A stretch of 64,000 nt of DNA from Actinomycetota bacterium (GTDB lineage Bacteria > Actinomycetota > Actinomycetes > Actinomycetales > Microbacteriaceae). The stretch's first letter is position 1. Every line of letters starts with the position of its first letter. The notes under the pieces were generated by a model. It was not told the DNA's origin. It saw nothing but the letters and a program-made list of their open reading frames with translations, and did not search any database. Positions 62,087-64,000 of the stretch are shown one piece after another. A program made the position numbers and the translations under genes. Location: NCBI GenBank assembly GCA_039804775.1, contig JBDLVN010000062.1:10110-74109 (forward strand), in the 5' to 3' direction.

Positions 62087-62707
62087 CTAAACCAGCAACG
62101 CCTTAACGCGCTCGCGAATCTGTTCTTGCATCGCATCAATGGTTTGCGAGGCGTCAACCACCAAGAATCTTTCAGACTCAGCCACGGCTAGCTTTAGATA
62201 GGACTGTCTAACTGCCTCAAAAAACTCGACTTTTTCGCGTTCGAGTCGGTCAGGCTCGGTGCCCGTCTGATTGCGGCGACTAAACGCCGCTGATGCCTCA
62301 AGGTCTAGCAAAATCGTTAGGTCAGGCAACAGGCCTTCGACAGCCCACAGAGAAATATTGCGAACTTCAGTTTGGTCTAGCGCCCGACCCGCACCCTGAT
62401 AGGCAACCGAAGAGTCAAGGTAGCGATCACCAATCACGATTTGACCAGCAGCGATTGCTGGGCGAACTTTTGTGGCAACGTGATGAGCGCGGTCGGCCGC
62501 ATAAAGCAAAGCCTCGGCACGAGGCGCAACCTCACCCTTGCGGTGCAAAAGTAGGTGGCGAATTTCTTGCCCGAGCTCGGTGCCGCCAGGCTCTAAGGTG
62601 CGAACAACGCTCTGGTTTTGAGTCACCAAATAGGCCTCGAGCAGGTCGGCTTGAGTTGATTTGCCGACCCCATCGATGCCTTCAAAGGTGATGAATAAAC
62701 CTGCCAA
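62087..62707 (-). CDS. tmk: dTMP kinase
   Basis: 206 aa. P-loop FEGIDGVGKSTQ and a DRY(L) motif. Confidence 0.92.
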   Translation of the reverse strand: MAGLFITFEGIDGVGKSTQADLLEAYLVTQNQSVVRTLEPGGTELGQEIRHLLLHRKGEVAPRAEALLYAADRAHHVATKVRPAIAAGQIVIGDRYLDSSVAYQGAGRALDQTEVRNISLWAVEGLLPDLTILLDLEASAAFSRRNQTGTEPDRLEREKVEFFEAVRQSYLKLAVAESERFLVVDASQTIDAMQEQIRERVKALLV

Positions 62708-62713
62708 GGCGTT

Positions 62714-64000
62714 CTACTTTCGGGTTGAACCACGTTTAACCGTGCGAGCTGGGGCGACTTTCTTAGCAGCCGATTTGCCAGTTTTGCCCGCCTTTGGTGC
62801 TGGCTCCCCTGGCTCTAATCCAAGCTTCTCACGGCGAATCGCCAATAGCTCGAAGGCACGGTCAGCCGACAGCTCATCTAAAGGTTCTTCTTTTGGAACA
62901 GTCGCGTTGATTACGCCGTCGGTAACATAGTTGCCAAACTGGCCGGTCTTAGCAACAACCGGCAACTTGCTCGCTGGGTCTTCACCAAATTCGCGAAGCG
63001 GAGTCGCTGCAGTTTGACGACCTCGAGCTTTCGGTTGTGCCAAGAGTGCAAGCGCGCCTTCAAGTGTGATGTCAAAAATCTGATCTTCGCTGGTTAGGCT
63101 GCGTGAGTCTTTGCCGCGGGTGATGTAGGGCCCGAACTTGCCGTTTTGCGCTGTGATAGCCACGTTGGTTTCTGGGTCAACACCGATGGTGCGAGGCAGT
63201 GAAAGTAGCTTCAGTGCTTCTTCAAAAGTGATGGTGGCTGCGTTCATGGTTGCAAACAGCGAGCCAGTCTTTGGTTTTGCCGCAGCCGGGTCGTTCAAAA
63301 GCACATAGCTGCCATAGCGGCCATCTTTGAGCAAAATCGGGTGGCCGGTCTCTGGGTCAATGCCAAGCTCGCGGTCAGTAATGACTGGCGCGTCGATGAG
63401 CTCTTGAGCCTTAGCCGGGGTGAGCTCGTCGGGTGCCAAACCTTCTGGAATATTGACGATGCGACGACCGTTTTCGTCGAAGCCTTCAGCAGCTGGGTCA
63501 CCCTGAACTTCAAGGTAGGCACCATATTTGCCGGTGCGTAGGTCAACACCCTCAGAAATGTTGATGGTGTTGATTGCTCGAGGGTCGCCATCGGCAACAT
63601 TCTCGGCAATAAAGTGCAAGCCTGGGTCTTTTGACGAGTCGGTGCCAAAGAAGAAGTCTTTGAGCCACTGAGTGCTGTCAAGCTCACCGTCAGCGATGCG
63701 GTCGAGGTCTGCCTCCATTTGTGCGGTGAAGGCATATTCGACGAGGTATCCGAAGTTTTCTTCGAGGTAGCGAATCAAGCTGAAGGCGATCCAGTCAGGA
63801 ACCAGCGCCTGGCCACGTCGGGTGACATAGCCCTTGCCAACGATGTTCGAGATGATGGCTGCGTAGGTTGAAGGGCGGCCGATGCCATCTTCTTCAAGAG
63901 CCTTGACCAAGCTTGCTTCGGTGTAACGCGGTGGCGGCGAAGTTTGGTGGTTCGTAGCGTTTACCTCAACGAGGTTCAGAATCTGACCAACCTCAAGTTG
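62714..64000 (-). CDS. topA: DNA topoisomerase I, C-terminal part (gene continues beyond the window)
   Basis: The frame stays open to position 64000 (…PPRYTEASLVKALEEDGIGRPSTYAAI…). Repeated C-terminal domains and a Lys-rich tail, as in actinobacterial TopA. Confidence 0.92.
   Translation of the reverse strand, partial: QLEVGQILNLVEVNATNHQTSPPPRYTEASLVKALEEDGIGRPSTYAAIISNIVGKGYVTRRGQALVPDWIAFSLIRYLEENFGYLVEYAFTAQMEADLDRIADGELDSTQWLKDFFFGTDSSKDPGLHFIAENVADGDPRAINTINISEGVDLRTGKYGAYLEVQGDPAAEGFDENGRRIVNIPEGLAPDELTPAKAQELIDAPVITDRELGIDPETGHPILLKDGRYGSYVLLNDPAAAKPKTGSLFATMNAATITFEEALKLLSLPRTIGVDPETNVAITAQNGKFGPYITRGKDSRSLTSEDQIFDITLEGALALLAQPKARGRQTAATPLREFGEDPASKLPVVAKTGQFGNYVTDGVINATVPKEEPLDELSADRAFELLAIRREKLGLEPGEPAPKAGKTGKSAAKKVAPARTVKRGSTRK

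Overview
The window looks like a chromosomal segment of a moderate-GC actinobacterium. This taxonomic call is an inference from the LCP-family ligase, the topA-tmk-holB-tRNA-Thr arrangement, frequent GTG/TTG starts and many 4-nt gene overlaps. Layout: (i) 1-19.4 kb is a surface-glycan island. It carries rfbA/rfbB, an LMW-PTP plus a Wzc-like BY-kinase, several glycosyltransferases, an MsbA/PglK-type ABC exporter and a Wzy-like polymerase. It also carries a nonulosonic (sialic-like) acid module made of a CBS-NeuB-SAF-TIM-barrel fusion, a CMP-sugar synthetase and a translationally coupled orphan, plus an extra signal peptidase I, an orphan PqqD-like protein and an LCP ligase. (ii) 19.7-34.2 kb is sugar catabolism: a Gfo/Idh/MocA oxidoreductase, a CUT2-type sugar ABC importer, araB/araD/araA with a LacI-type repressor and three matching palindromic operators, a mutarotase, and galT/galK. 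(iii) 34.2-49 kb is housekeeping and metal homeostasis: a Pit phosphate transporter with PHO-box-like repeats, SDR/DUF2867, a CitE-like protein, an unannotated 45-aa Cys-rich metallothionein-like ORF, a CaCA exchanger, a second mutarotase, pncA, dacB, copC, a beta-CASP MBL hydrolase, a P1B-type ATPase with an atypical TPCPL motif, and a CoA-transferase. (iv) 49.06-53.0 kb is a visibly AT-richer four-gene cassette (secreted protein, two polytopic membrane proteins, ABC ATPase) plus an orphan gene that abuts a 5'-truncated ferredoxin-reductase-like gene, followed by tRNA-Thr(CGT). (v) 54.2-57.6 kb is an AT-richer glycosyltransferase plus two tandem acyltransferase-3 paralogs. (vi) The remainder holds an MpaB-like oxygenase, a TAP-type lipoprotein hydrolase, holB, tmk and the 3' part of topA, which runs off the window. 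I saw no CRISPR array, rRNA, transposase or integrase. No single region is demonstrably a new system. The best candidates for follow-up are the 49-53 kb cassette and truncation junction, the NeuB fusion with its coupled orphan, and the Cys-rich mini-ORF.
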